A stretch of 63,032 bases of DNA, filler included, from Nemertoderma westbladi (lineage: Eukaryota > Animalia > Xenacoelomorpha), in the NCBI GenBank assembly GCA_032718475.1. It is 4 parts of 4 records of this genome, joined end to end, with 100 filler letters (N's around TTAATTAATTAA, not from the genome) between each part and the next. Parts side by side here need not be neighbours in the genome. Positions count along the whole stretch, not along the records: positions 20,895 to 50,319 come from JAUCBJ010009027.1; 3 more parts are not named here. One strand, 5' to 3'. Under the pieces are notes generated by a model that had not been told where the DNA came from, ran no database searches, and saw only the letters and a program-made list of their open reading frames with translations. Both the position numbers and the translations under genes were made by a program. Each line of letters opens with the position of its first letter. Positions within the stretch are counted from its first letter, which is position 1. This document shows positions 26,055 to 37,015 of this stretch, in pieces.

Positions 26055-27296
26055 GGATCTAGGACACTTCCCCCCCGGACACTTCCCCCCCGCCCAAGTA
26101 GGACACTTCCCCCCGGACACTTCCCCCCCGGACACTTGCCCCCCGGACACTTCCCCCCCAGTTAAAGTGTTAAAATTAATCTGGGTGCATCAAAGCAATA
26201 AACAAAAGTTAAAGATGGTTACAGGACAAGATGTATCTAGACAAGTTTTTTCAAAATTATAAAAGAAACATTTTTATAGTCAAATTTTGTTTGTTTTTCT
26301 TTTAATTCCTTTAATTCTTTTAATTTCTTTTAATTGGGGGCTGCCGCCCCCAAACCCCCGCTTCTTTTGTTGGGGGCTACCGCCCCCTAACCCCCGCTTC
26401 TTTTGTTGGGGGCTACCGCCCCCATACCCCCGCTTTTCTTGGGGGTTATCGCCCCCCCAGACCCCGGCATTTCCCTGAGTGCCCGTGGTGAAAGACTTAA
26501 GACCACTTTGAAATATTTAATTCATGTTTGTATCATCAGATAATAAATTGACTATGCCTAAAGTATGAGCTGTATTGAATGTTAACCAATTTAATATATA
26601 AATTACTACAATATTATATAATTCAACAAAATCCTATTAAAAATATTGCAAGTAACCAGGAAATGTAATATGTAGTGTGTATAATATCTATATAGTATGT
26701 ACAGTACATACAGTACAGTATATATAGTACAGTAATATGTATATCAATATGTAATGCTGAACACAGAATACAGGTCGACGCATGTCGATTTTACCCTAGA
26801 GAGGTATAGTTTTGATTGCAACAATAATATTCATCCCCATCTGCTACAATTTGAAGAAGACTATTACATAATAATACCTATAATTAAAACAATTAATTAT
26901 TATAATTATATAGTGTTAATAAAAACAGTATATCATTCCGGGGATGGCATTTATAGGTCATCTAATATAATTAATTGTTTAAAGATTAGCAAATAATACG
27001 ATGTAATTGCATTGATAAAACCCATAAATAAAAGTTGGATATAAAATGTAAAATCGGGATGCAAAAGATCACTTTCTGAGCTACGAAAGGAAAATTGGAT
27101 ACAACTTATCTGGATACAAACGGTCCGTTTACCTTACAAAATGAAAAATACGAATGTGCGAAGTTAAGATCAGTCGGGGGGGAGTGTCCGCGGGGGGGAA
27201 GTGTCTGGGGGGGAAGTGTCCGGGGGGAAGTGTCCTACTTGAGCGGGGGGGAACTGTCCGGGGGGGAAGTGTCCGGGGGGGAAGTGTCCGAACACC
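26055..27296. mobile_element. MITE with GG..CC ends, repeated GGACACTTCCCCCC subterminal motifs and 8-bp TSD, private to the left LTR
   Basis: TSD GATTTTAC (26047-26054, 27297-27304), with the empty site at ~47985 in the right LTR. A copy of the same family is the target of the BEL element itself. Confidence 0.9.
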
Positions 27297-28363
27297 GATT
27301 TTACACTTACCTTAGAAGCTCCCTACCACCGACCTTAGCACGCTACCACCGACCTTAGCTTTTACCACGCACCTTAGGCATTCCTACTCATGACAGCATG
27401 AGCTACTGAACCACTTGAATAATCGTTGTACAATAGCTATAGTGAATGCAAATGAGGACTTAATGTAATCTTTATAGCAATAATACAAGTTAATTCGAAC
27501 AAAATAAAATTTTGAAAATCCACGGCTTTTATGAGGATATAATTCTATACCGCTCAATGAAAACAGGATATTATCGTACATAAATATACGGTTTTCACCA
27601 ATAACAAATCAAATTATGGAATACTTAGGGCGTACCTACATATTTACAAATTAAATTTCAAACAATACTTCCTTTCTACATAATAATTCGGTACAAAATA
27701 ATTACAAATTCAAACTTTACATATTTAAGGCTTTATTAAGTAGGTATAATATAAATCTAAATTAAATTCACCAATATAAATCTATTGCATCTCGATATTG
27801 CATAAATTCAAATAATTACCAATACAAATGAAGTTATTGCATCTCAAATATTGCATAGATACAAATTGTTACAAATACAAATACTTTCGTGCCTAAAGAT
27901 AAATTGCATAAGTTCGGAATAATTACAAATATGAGTCTCTCTAAGTACGAACTTTCTAAATACAAAATTTTCTATTTACAAAATATAACTATTTACAAAT
28001 GAAGTTATAAGAAAGGCCCACGAGTCTTCCGTCTACTCTTGCCTCTTATTTCACTGCAAATACAAAAAATACTGCTTATAGGATATAAATTGCATAATAT
28101 TCGAAACAGTATAAATTGCATAAGTTCGGAATAATCACAAATATAAATCTTTCAAATATAAATTTCTTTCTAAATATAAATTTCTTTCTAAATTTAAATT
28201 TCTTTCTAAATGTAAATTTCTTTCTAAATATAAAACTTTCTAAATTTCATAAAATTGGAACAATACAAATACATAAATTTAGAACAATATAAAATCTGCA
28301 TAAGTTAGAACATAAGAAAGGCTCACGAATCTTCCGTCCACCCTTGCCCTCCCTTTTACCGCT

Positions 28364-30445
28364 TTATCGCTTAGCTGATCGAGCCCTGCCGCGTCCTCGA
28401 AAACTGCGCACAGGTGACTTTGCTCGCGGTATGGGATTTGTGGGGCGAGTCACTAGTTTACCATGGACGTTGGGAGATGGTGCGACCATTTCCTCACATA
28501 TTTGTATATTAGGCTTCCCAAATCCTCGTCCGATTCCTCGTGACCGATCGGTTGTGTCTACCGCTGGTAGAACGTCTGGGAACGCGCGCGAAGCGGACGA
28601 CACAGACCCAAGAGGAACTTGCGCCCCTTTTGATCAGCTGGTACATGTCCCGATCCTCCTTGCGGTTCTCTGGGAAGTGACACCGTATCTCGAGTAACTC
28701 TAATAGTCGGTTCATTCCCTTTTCTTTCTTCAATATTTATAGCTTTCTTTAATTGTTGGCCCACTTTCTGAACCCTTATGATCCTATGCTGTCCGTCCTC
28801 CCGAGGGTGACGTGCAGACGGCGCAACCGGAGTAGCTGGTATGTTGGTCGCCGCTAGGATCTTCTCTTCCTCGAATACGCTCGCTCGTATACGCCTATGA
28901 TAGAACGCGGCTCGGTACGCCCATGCGACTGTTAACCAAGCTCCCTTGTTCCGCTTTTCCGTTTGAAAACGATCGAATTCACCATATGTGATACGATTGA
29001 CTACTTTCTGGAAGTTCCATGTATTCTTATTGTCAGGGTGAATCTGTAACAAGTATTCGCGCACAACTCGAAATCCACTATCGTGAGGCAAAATATCAAC
29101 TACCTCGATTCGGGGCATAGCGGAGATATATCCTTCCGACATCATAGTTTGAGGGTTTACTGCCCAAAATCCAAGATGCGCTCTCATCGGGAATCGTCTT
29201 CTTTGTGCCGATACATGTTCGTCAGCTAAATCTTCCCAATCGTCGAATAGTTTTCTCACGAGTTTTACATATTCGTGTTCATAAGGTATGTCTCGCAATT
29301 GACATTCAGATGCTCTATGTCCCTTTATATTACAATAGGTGCATTGAGCCATAAATCTCCAGCAAGTATAAAATGTATGGGACCCTTGATCTCCACACCA
29401 TCCACAGATTAATTGAGTCGTAGTAATGTGCTTTCCACTACACTTTGTCGAATGATGTCCAGTGACGCCACATTTACCACACATAGTGTTAGCAGGGTAC
29501 CACACTCGCTCATATATAAGGTCTCCAATGGGTCGAGCACTTCCTCCCACACTATAGTCATAATCGTCTGGATCGATAGGTTGGTATGTTTCAGAAGGTT
29601 GTATGCAAACTACGGCATCTGTTGCTTCTAGTTGTCGAATCTCCGTCTGAGATTTCTTTGGGAGGTTCCTTTCTATCTCAAGAAGTTCCTCTAAAGGATC
29701 GTCGGTGATCGTAGTGGTTACTTCGAAATCATCACCAAGGTGACCGATAGGCGCGCGCGTCTGCCGTGATTCGTCGGTAATCTCCACGATACGTTCTCCT
29801 TCATAGGGTAACAATGTAAACATAGATGGTCTTTCGATAAGAGATCCCGCACATAGCAAATAAACGGATTCGATAAAGGATACCCTCCTTCCTGGTAGCG
29901 TAGTTGTTGATGATTCGAACACCTCGCCAATATCGGTTCGGGATTTTCCTTATTCAAACGCATCGGAATCGCATTTCGTTGTTTGCGCATACAAGTACCA
30001 CATTGATAATAAAGTTTATAAACTGAAAAGGCTTCCTTCGTTTCTCTATCGTCCCCTCGAGTTTGTCTGTAAAGATGCATCCCATCAAATTCATCGCGTA
30101 CCGCAGGCATAGGTTCATGCGCCTTCAGGTATTGCATGGTATGATACAAACGACTAATTTCGGTATCGGGGTCTTCACTAATATCTCCCGTATCACATAA
30201 GGCGTCGTACGGGTAAAGTTTGTTGAAGGTTTTGCGTAAACTTTCAATTCTTTCATTTACCCTTTTTGCCTTCTCTTTAATACGTTCGAGTCATATTTCG
30301 TCTTCGCGAGTTTCGCTGTACTTTCTGATAATTCCTTTATACCAAATATAGTGTAGTCTTTAGCTCCAAATCGTTCAAATGGCGCTGCTGCTTCCTCTTG
30401 GATATCATATCCCCATCTCGGCTCTCCATGTATCCCCTTCGCCAT
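28364..30445 (-). pseudogene. Extra ORF downstream of pol with three CCHC-type zinc knuckles (frameshifted)
   Basis: Overlapping frames 30257-30445, 29718-30149, 28558-29922, 28509-28733 and 28364-28603. Knuckles are CGKCGVTGHHSTKC, CGWCGDQGSHTFYTC and CTYCNIKGHRASEC; the end is Arg/Gly-rich. Confidence 0.65.
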
Positions 30446-31104
30446 TATTAGAAGTAATGGTTACATAATCATTGCTACTAGAGGGAATACAACAGAGTTT
30501 ATTGTTAGTTGTGAGGAGATGTGAGGGTTTTCGTCTGCCCTTTGGGCTTCGACAACGCTCTAACCTCCTACCCATAGCCTAAGATCTAAGGTTTCTTTAG
30601 TGACACACTGTTTCTTATTTAAAATTTTTGCCGAAATAAAAACGATTTGGGCTAAACTGGCTGTGAGTCTAAAATACTCACTTTTTGATCCCAAACTATT
30701 ATCAGAAAATAAGCAGTCAAGAATTAGTAATAAATATAGGGAAGTCTATTATTTGACGTAACTTATTGAAACAAGACCGTGTAAATTTATTAAAATTTAA
30801 GAAAGGCTCGCAAGTCTTCCCCTCTTGTTTCTCTAATTTTAAGTTCCACCCGACTGTACCCTGAAATCTATTCACTGGAGAAAATTTTTAAAATTTTTCA
30901 AATCCAAATGGATTGTCTAAAATTTCGAAAATGTCTCAATATTGTGAGTTCCAAGTAGAATTCCATTTCTTATACCTACAAATCCCGCTCCTATGTGACA
31001 CATAAGGGTACTACCCTCAATGTTCACATATAAAGACAATGGAATTCTACCGCTGTCTTTACTACAGTGTACAGGTACGTGGAAATCTATTTGTAAACTC
31101 TTAA

Positions 31105-33315
31105 TTATTTTCTAACATTAGTTGGAGATTTGTAGTCTCCAGACTCGTTTCGAGTCTCTTCTAGAAGTACGAGACGTTGAGTTGGTCTATCTACTGTACG
31201 ACCGTCAATTGTCCGTACCGTCACAGTTCTTGTCACTCCATCCATAGACGGATGTGTGGCTAAAATTACACTTGTTATCCAGAAGCGTCTTTTTAGATTC
31301 ACTTCTGCTAACAGCAAGTGATCTCCCGGTTTTAAAGCACGGGTATTATTGTACCAAGTTGTTCTGGCAGAAATAGAGGGCAAATAATGGTTTTGCCATA
31401 TTTCCCAGAATTTGTTAGCCAGTAGTTGCGTGATTTTCCACGCTTTTCTACCGTAGCTGTCGCTTTCTATTGGAATAGAAATAGGTGTCAAAGTAGTCGG
31501 TGCCTGCATTAGCAGGTGTGCCCGTGTTAAAGCAAATTGGGATTGTTTGTTATCGGGTACTAATACTATTGGTCTAGTATTTAGTATTGCCTCGATTTCA
31601 ACAAACAATGTGGTCAGTTGGTCGTCTGTCAAAATGTGGTGTACTGGAATGACCTTTGCCATGGCTGTTTTGATAGATCTTATCAGTCTCTCCCAGACTC
31701 CGCCTCTCCATGGACTATCTGGAGGATTAAACTTCCAAACAATCTTGTAAGGACGTTGTTTGTTTGAGATTTGATCATGATCTAATTTCTTAAAGGCTCT
31801 AGCAATTTCATTTCGAGCACCAACAAAGTTTTTACCTTGGTCTGAGTACAAGCATTTTACTAGTCCGCGTCTAGCGATAAATCACCGCAATGCTAGTATA
31901 AACGCGTTGGTGGAAAGATCCATCACACGTTCAATATGAACTGCCCTACTGGACGTGGACATGCATGTGAAAATCAGTCCCCAGCGTTTTACTAGTATAC
32001 GTCCACGTTTTGTATGTATGGGACCAAAGCAATCAATTCCAGTCTCTGTAAAAGGTGGTCTGAATGCTTGAAGTCGTGATTGTGGAAGTTTACTCATTTC
32101 TTGGGTACCTATTCTAGAATGTACCTTTTTACAAATAATACACGTACACGTCACTGAACTTGTACGTAAGTAAGAAAGACAGTGGTGTCTTCCAGCGTGT
32201 TTCAGATGTAAATGTGCGTCCAGTATCATTGCACGTTGTAATTCGTGATGTTGCGGTATTATTATTGGGTACCTAAAGTTTGTGTTAAAGTCAATGTTTT
32301 GAAGCCGAGATTTATGACAAATTAAGCCATTATAAATTATCGGACTCCAACTCAATATTGGTGACGACTTGATTGGTTGACCTTGACTTATAGATGTGAA
32401 TTCGCGTGCGAAATATCGCAATTGATAATGGCGAATTAATTTAATTTCACATCTGTCTATCTCAGTCAATGTAAGTCGACGTGTAAAGTCGCGTATGCCT
32501 TTAACGTATTGTACAAAACGTACAATCCACGCTAATTTTCGGCAAGCGTTTGTCCAAGAATCTGTAAGGTTTACAATGCGGTCGACGTAAGTATTTATGA
32601 CGTCATCAGTTAACTCAATGGTGAGTTTGGAAGGTTTTGTTTTACTAGATGGGCCCACGGGTACGCCGGTAAGTATTCCCTTGTTGACTGTTGATCCGTC
32701 CGGGTCTACAAGTAATTTGTCCTTCTTTGTCTTCTTAGCTTGATTGTCAGTACTTTGTATGTCGATCCCTAATGGTGGTTTGAACTCTATGGGGTCACTG
32801 GGTTTCGGTAAACTTATTTTTCTGCCGATATTAATCCCAGGTCTCACCGTAGGTTGTAAGTTTGGTATGTCTCTTGAGCGTAAAGTAACACCTGTATTTA
32901 CATTTGCGTAGGTACTACCCACATCTGTAATACATGAGGTTTCACTGTACTTATGGTTACTCAAGGGTGTCAAGTTTGGTAGTTTGTCAATACAAGGCCG
33001 CTCCAATAGGGAAACTGCGGCTTTACTATGTGACAATACATTACTAATGTCTGGTAGATCATTTTGTGATATGTCTGGCAAAATGTCTGGTTGACTGTCT
33101 AGTAATGCGTCTGGGTGTTTGTCAATAGAAGGCCGCTCCAATAGGGAAACTGCGGCTTTACTATGTGTCAATACATTACTAATGTCTGGTAGATCATTTT
33201 GTGATATGTCTGGCAAAATGTTTCGCGGAACATCCGGCGAAACGTCTAGTGACATACCTTGCAAAACGTCTGGTTGAACGTCTAGTAATGCGTCTGGTTG
33301 ACCGTCTAGTAACAT
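31105..33315 (-). pseudogene. pol: BEL/Pao integrase (HHCC + DDE core + C-terminal domain) preceded by a long linker
   Basis: HLHLKHAG..CIICKK, TGIDCFGP, RAVHIE, YSDQGKNF, GGVWERLI, EAILNTRP, FWEIW..YL and DGVTRTVTV. Internal stop at 31882. Confidence 0.92.
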
Positions 33316-36300
33316 GTCTGGTTGACCGTCTGGCGATGCGTCTGGTGAAGAAAGGCTCGCAAGTCTTCCACTCTTAACTTTGTAATTATAACTTTCCTTT
33401 TCACCTTCGGTTTCTTCCTTAATTTCGCCATTGTCCTTTTCTTTGCTTTACCTTTCTTTGGTTTTTTAATTTCGGCGTCTTTAGGGATAGTGTTAGACTT
33501 GTTGTCGTATAGTAGCGGCCAATATTGTGTCGATTTTTGTAAGAATTGTGGTCTGTGCTGCCAAAATTCCTTGTTCTCCGGTTTACAGAATTCCTCAGGC
33601 ATCATTCCTCGCGACGCAATATCAGCTGGATTTTGTGGTCCGGGAAAATGTCGCCAATCTTCTTTTATTGAACGGTCCAATATTTCCGCACGACAGTTAG
33701 CCACAAATGTCTTGAATTCAAGTGTGTCGTTGTTTATATAAAACAAAACTAATGTCGCGTCAGTCCAATAAAATATCTGTAAACTCGACTGTAATTCCGT
33801 CTGTATAAGGCTCACAATTGTGGTTAACAGAGTTGCTGCTTGTAGCTCAGCGCGTGGTGTTGTCATGTACTTAGTAGGCATGGTCTTAGCCTTAGAAGTA
33901 ATAAGCGACACATCAAACTCGTCTGAATCTACTTGTCTGCGCAAATACGCTGTCACTCCAAAGCCGTTGTCACTGGCGTCGGAAAAACAATGTAATTCTA
34001 AGTTGTCAGGAAATGTCGTCTGTAATGGAAAATATACCTGGGGTATGGAATAATCTTCTAATGAAGACAATTGCGCTTCCCAAGTTTTCCATAAGTCTAC
34101 TTGTTCTGATGAGATTGGTTCGTCCCATGTCAGTCCATCTTTCCAAATACTGCGCATGTATATTCTTGCTTGCAGTATTATTGGGCTGATGAAACCTAAT
34201 GGATCAAACAATCGACTCAGTTTTGACAAGCAGGACCTCTTTGTCAGAGAGTCTCCTTGAGCGTCCAGTCTTACCTTCACTCGAAAGTTGTCTGTGTTTG
34301 GGTCCCAAAAGAGCCCCAACACCTTGGTCGTCGGTAGTGGTTCAAACTCTAAGTCAATGTCACCACCTCCACGCTCAGTCGTTCCGAATGAATCTACTAA
34401 TTCGGCACTGTTTGAGGCAAACTTGGTTAGGTTAAAACCTCCGCCTGCTAAACAGTCCCGTAATTGATGTGCTACTGTTATAGCACTTTCTACTGTGTCA
34501 CAACTTTGTAACCCATCGTCTACGTAAAAGTCTCGTTCTACGATCTGGATTATCTCTGGGTCATACATATGTTTCTGGTCCCTAGTGGTCTGCTTTAGGG
34601 CGTACATAGTACAATTTGGGTTGTCCCTGGCACCGAAAACGCGAACTTGCATTTGGTAAGTGGCCGGTGGTAGACTTAAGTCTCCTTCCGGGTACCAGAG
34701 GAACCTCAAACTGTCTCTGTCTTGCTCTAACGCTCGCACTTGGTGAAACATCGCTTCGACGTCGCAAGTAAATGCTACTTGGCGTTGACGGAAGTGCATA
34801 ATCACGCCCATGAGATAATTATTCATGTTTGGTCCATCCATCAACTCACTGTTGAGGGACATTCCCTCAAACAGAGCCACGCAGTCATTAACTACACGTA
34901 CTTTGTCTGGTTTATCGGGATGTCTCACGTAGTGATGTGGTAAATAGTATGTCTGGTCTGTCACAATCTCTGGGTTAGTCATTCTGATAGCGTACCCCTT
35001 TGTCAAATACGTCTCCATCTGGGTATTATACTGCTTTAGACGTCTTAAAGCTAGCGGATAATTGTTTATAAGTTTAGGAATTTGGCTACGCCATAACATC
35101 CCTACCTCATAATGTCCGTCTTTCGTCTGGCGGATAGTATCTTCCATGATCTTCAAAGATTGTTTCTCTTGTTCCGACATACATGGTTCGTAACTACCAG
35201 GTTTGGCTGTATCTTGTTCCAACCACCTGATAGTCTTCTCCGTTAATTCTTTGTCCAGTGCAGCTTGTTCCACTTGACAGTTCCTTAATGCGTCATCATC
35301 GATATCGACGGGCATCGTTAATGTTATTGGTGTAGATAGACTCGCAAGCCTTCCGGCGTCATCATCTGTCGTTGATGGAACCTTTGCCTGATGCGTCTCC
35401 TTCTTAATCTCTAAACTTACCTCTTTGTAAAGTGGTTTCTGCTCCCTTTGACTTGTTGTACTTGCCACACACGTCGTACTTGTCACTTTGTCGTGTTTTG
35501 TCGAATTTCGGTGTGTAGTATAGTCAATATCGTTTGAAAAGGAATGAGTCAAAGTCGTAGTTAATAAACTACATGTACTTTGCATATCTCCTTCCTCGTC
35601 ACTTATATCTAGTGTGCGCACAGGCGCTCGAGTATACCACCCTATCGGCGTTCTGCAGGCGTATGCGTTTCCTGCTACGACTACCGATGGTCTGGTTTCC
35701 CACACTTGATGTAAGTTGAATTGGTCTGTCCCGATCAGCATTGCTACTGATCTATAATTGACAGGACATTCAGGTACACCAAGGTGTCTGAAATACTTAC
35801 GGTCCTCTAAGGATTGTTCCGGCACTTTACCCAGTAGGTTACTAAAGTCCTTTGTGGCCGCAAAAGTTAAATCCTTAAAGGGTAACAAAGACCTCTCCTT
35901 TTCGCTATGTTGCGATTTCGGAAGAAGAGTGTCTAAGTTTAACTTAACTCGTGTCACTGGTATTGCACGTTGTCCATGCATACTACTTACGGTATATCTG
36001 ACTTGCTTACCTTGTCTAAGATCTGTGACGACGTCAGCTACCTTCTCATCCACGTAACTGTGAGATGAGGCTGAATCTAGGATAGCGTAGATCCTTTTGC
36101 TCCCTTTTGTGCCTGTAATCTTAACGGGAATTACACTAAATCCTTTTAGTTGATCAGGCGTCAAAAGAGCAATCGATGGTTGTTCGTCTCCATCCGAGTA
36201 TATGTCGTCGTCTTCAGATTCTTCACCAGAAGACCCGGATTGTTCTGGGAAGCAATCCCAAATATGTGTCACGAACGTTGGCGTTGTTCTCGATTCGCGA

Positions 36301-36848
36301 TGCTTGTATGCAGTATTGCATTTCGCTGCTGCTTCTGGGTGTTCCCTAGTGAAACGTTTTGTCGGCGTATGACTGTCCGTGTGGAGCAAAGCGTCGTGAT
36401 TGCGTCCACATAGAGGACAGGTGTCGGTATTAGGGCAATCCTTGCGGACATGTCCATGTTGTGTACACCTCCAACAAGAATCTAACGGTCTTATTTGAAG
36501 CCGTCGTTCCTCTGAGTTTAATTTGCGGAATAGTCGACATCCCTTTAAGTTGTGGCTAGTATGTCGCTTACCAATCCGTTCGCAATATTGGCAACCGCTG
36601 AAGTCGGCATTTAGTTGCTGTCTGGTCTGTTTGATCCCAATAGGTGCGGATATTTTACTACCGTCCGAAAATTGTCGGGTTTCAGTTGGTGTAGCGTAGG
36701 TGACCGTCTTTGTGGATGTCGTTGGTTTTTGTCGGTTGTATGATGGTAATGTTATTCCTTCGGCTACAATGTGTTGATCTGTGTAGTTCGAACGAGTCTC
36801 CACTACTGCCTCTCTGGATATCAATAAGTAGACATCTTCCAACTTCAA
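33306..36848 (-). CDS. pol: BEL/Pao polyprotein part: Gag zinc knuckles, aspartic protease, RT, Pao RNase H
   Basis: CQYC..H..C, CWRC..H..C, CPLCGRNH..LLH; AILDSAS; YYLPHH, KVRVV, DVEAMFHQV, FYVDD; FDPLG, LHCFSDAS, TPRAELQAA, WTDA, NPADIASRG. Confidence 0.95.
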   Translation of the reverse strand: MKLEDVYLLISREAVVETRSNYTDQHIVAEGITLPSYNRQKPTTSTKTVTYATPTETRQFSDGSKISAPIGIKQTRQQLNADFSGCQYCERIGKRHTSHNLKGCRLFRKLNSEERRLQIRPLDSCWRCTQHGHVRKDCPNTDTCPLCGRNHDALLHTDSHTPTKRFTREHPEAAAKCNTAYKHRESRTTPTFVTHIWDCFPEQSGSSGEESEDDDIYSDGDEQPSIALLTPDQLKGFSVIPVKITGTKGSKRIYAILDSASSHSYVDEKVADVVTDLRQGKQVRYTVSSMHGQRAIPVTRVKLNLDTLLPKSQHSEKERSLLPFKDLTFAATKDFSNLLGKVPEQSLEDRKYFRHLGVPECPVNYRSVAMLIGTDQFNLHQVWETRPSVVVAGNAYACRTPIGWYTRAPVRTLDISDEEGDMQSTCSLLTTTLTHSFSNDIDYTTHRNSTKHDKVTSTTCVASTTSQREQKPLYKEVSLEIKKETHQAKVPSTTDDDAGRLASLSTPITLTMPVDIDDDALRNCQVEQAALDKELTEKTIRWLEQDTAKPGSYEPCMSEQEKQSLKIMEDTIRQTKDGHYEVGMLWRSQIPKLINNYPLALRRLKQYNTQMETYLTKGYAIRMTNPEIVTDQTYYLPHHYVRHPDKPDKVRVVNDCVALFEGMSLNSELMDGPNMNNYLMGVIMHFRQRQVAFTCDVEAMFHQVRALEQDRDSLRFLWYPEGDLSLPPATYQMQVRVFGARDNPNCTMYALKQTTRDQKHMYDPEIIQIVERDFYVDDGLQSCDTVESAITVAHQLRDCLAGGGFNLTKFASNSAELVDSFGTTERGGGDIDLEFEPLPTTKVLGLFWDPNTDNFRVKVRLDAQGDSLTKRSCLSKLSRLFDPLGFISPIILQARIYMRSIWKDGLTWDEPISSEQVDLWKTWEAQLSSLEDYSIPQVYFPLQTTFPDNLELHCFSDASDNGFGVTAYLRRQVDSDEFDVSLITSKAKTMPTKYMTTPRAELQAATLLTTIVSLIQTELQSSLQIFYWTDATLVLFYINNDTLEFKTFVANCRAEILDRSIKEDWRHFPGPQNPADIASRGMMPEEFCKPENKEFWQHRPQFLQKSTQYWPLLYDNKSNTIPKDAEIKKPKKGKAKKRTMAKLRKKPKVKRKVIITKLRVEDLRAFLHQTHRQTVNQTCY

Positions 36849-37015
36849 GAATCCACCTTGTTCTTCTCGCTGATATTCGATTTTTCGCCACTCCCGACGA
36901 AGTCAATGGTGTAATCTTCCTATTATTTTTAATAGGACTGTAGGAGTGTTTGCGTAGTCAAGTTGTCCAATTGATCGTAGCGTAGTAATGGCGTTTTTAA
37001 TCTCGTCAGCTAATT

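Larger units (their letters stand above)
20974..27549 (-). repeat. 3' LTR of the BEL/Pao element (6576 bp including private insertions)
   Basis: Begins TATATGAAG and ends AATTCTATA on the plus strand; colinear with 40844-48249. Confidence 0.8.
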
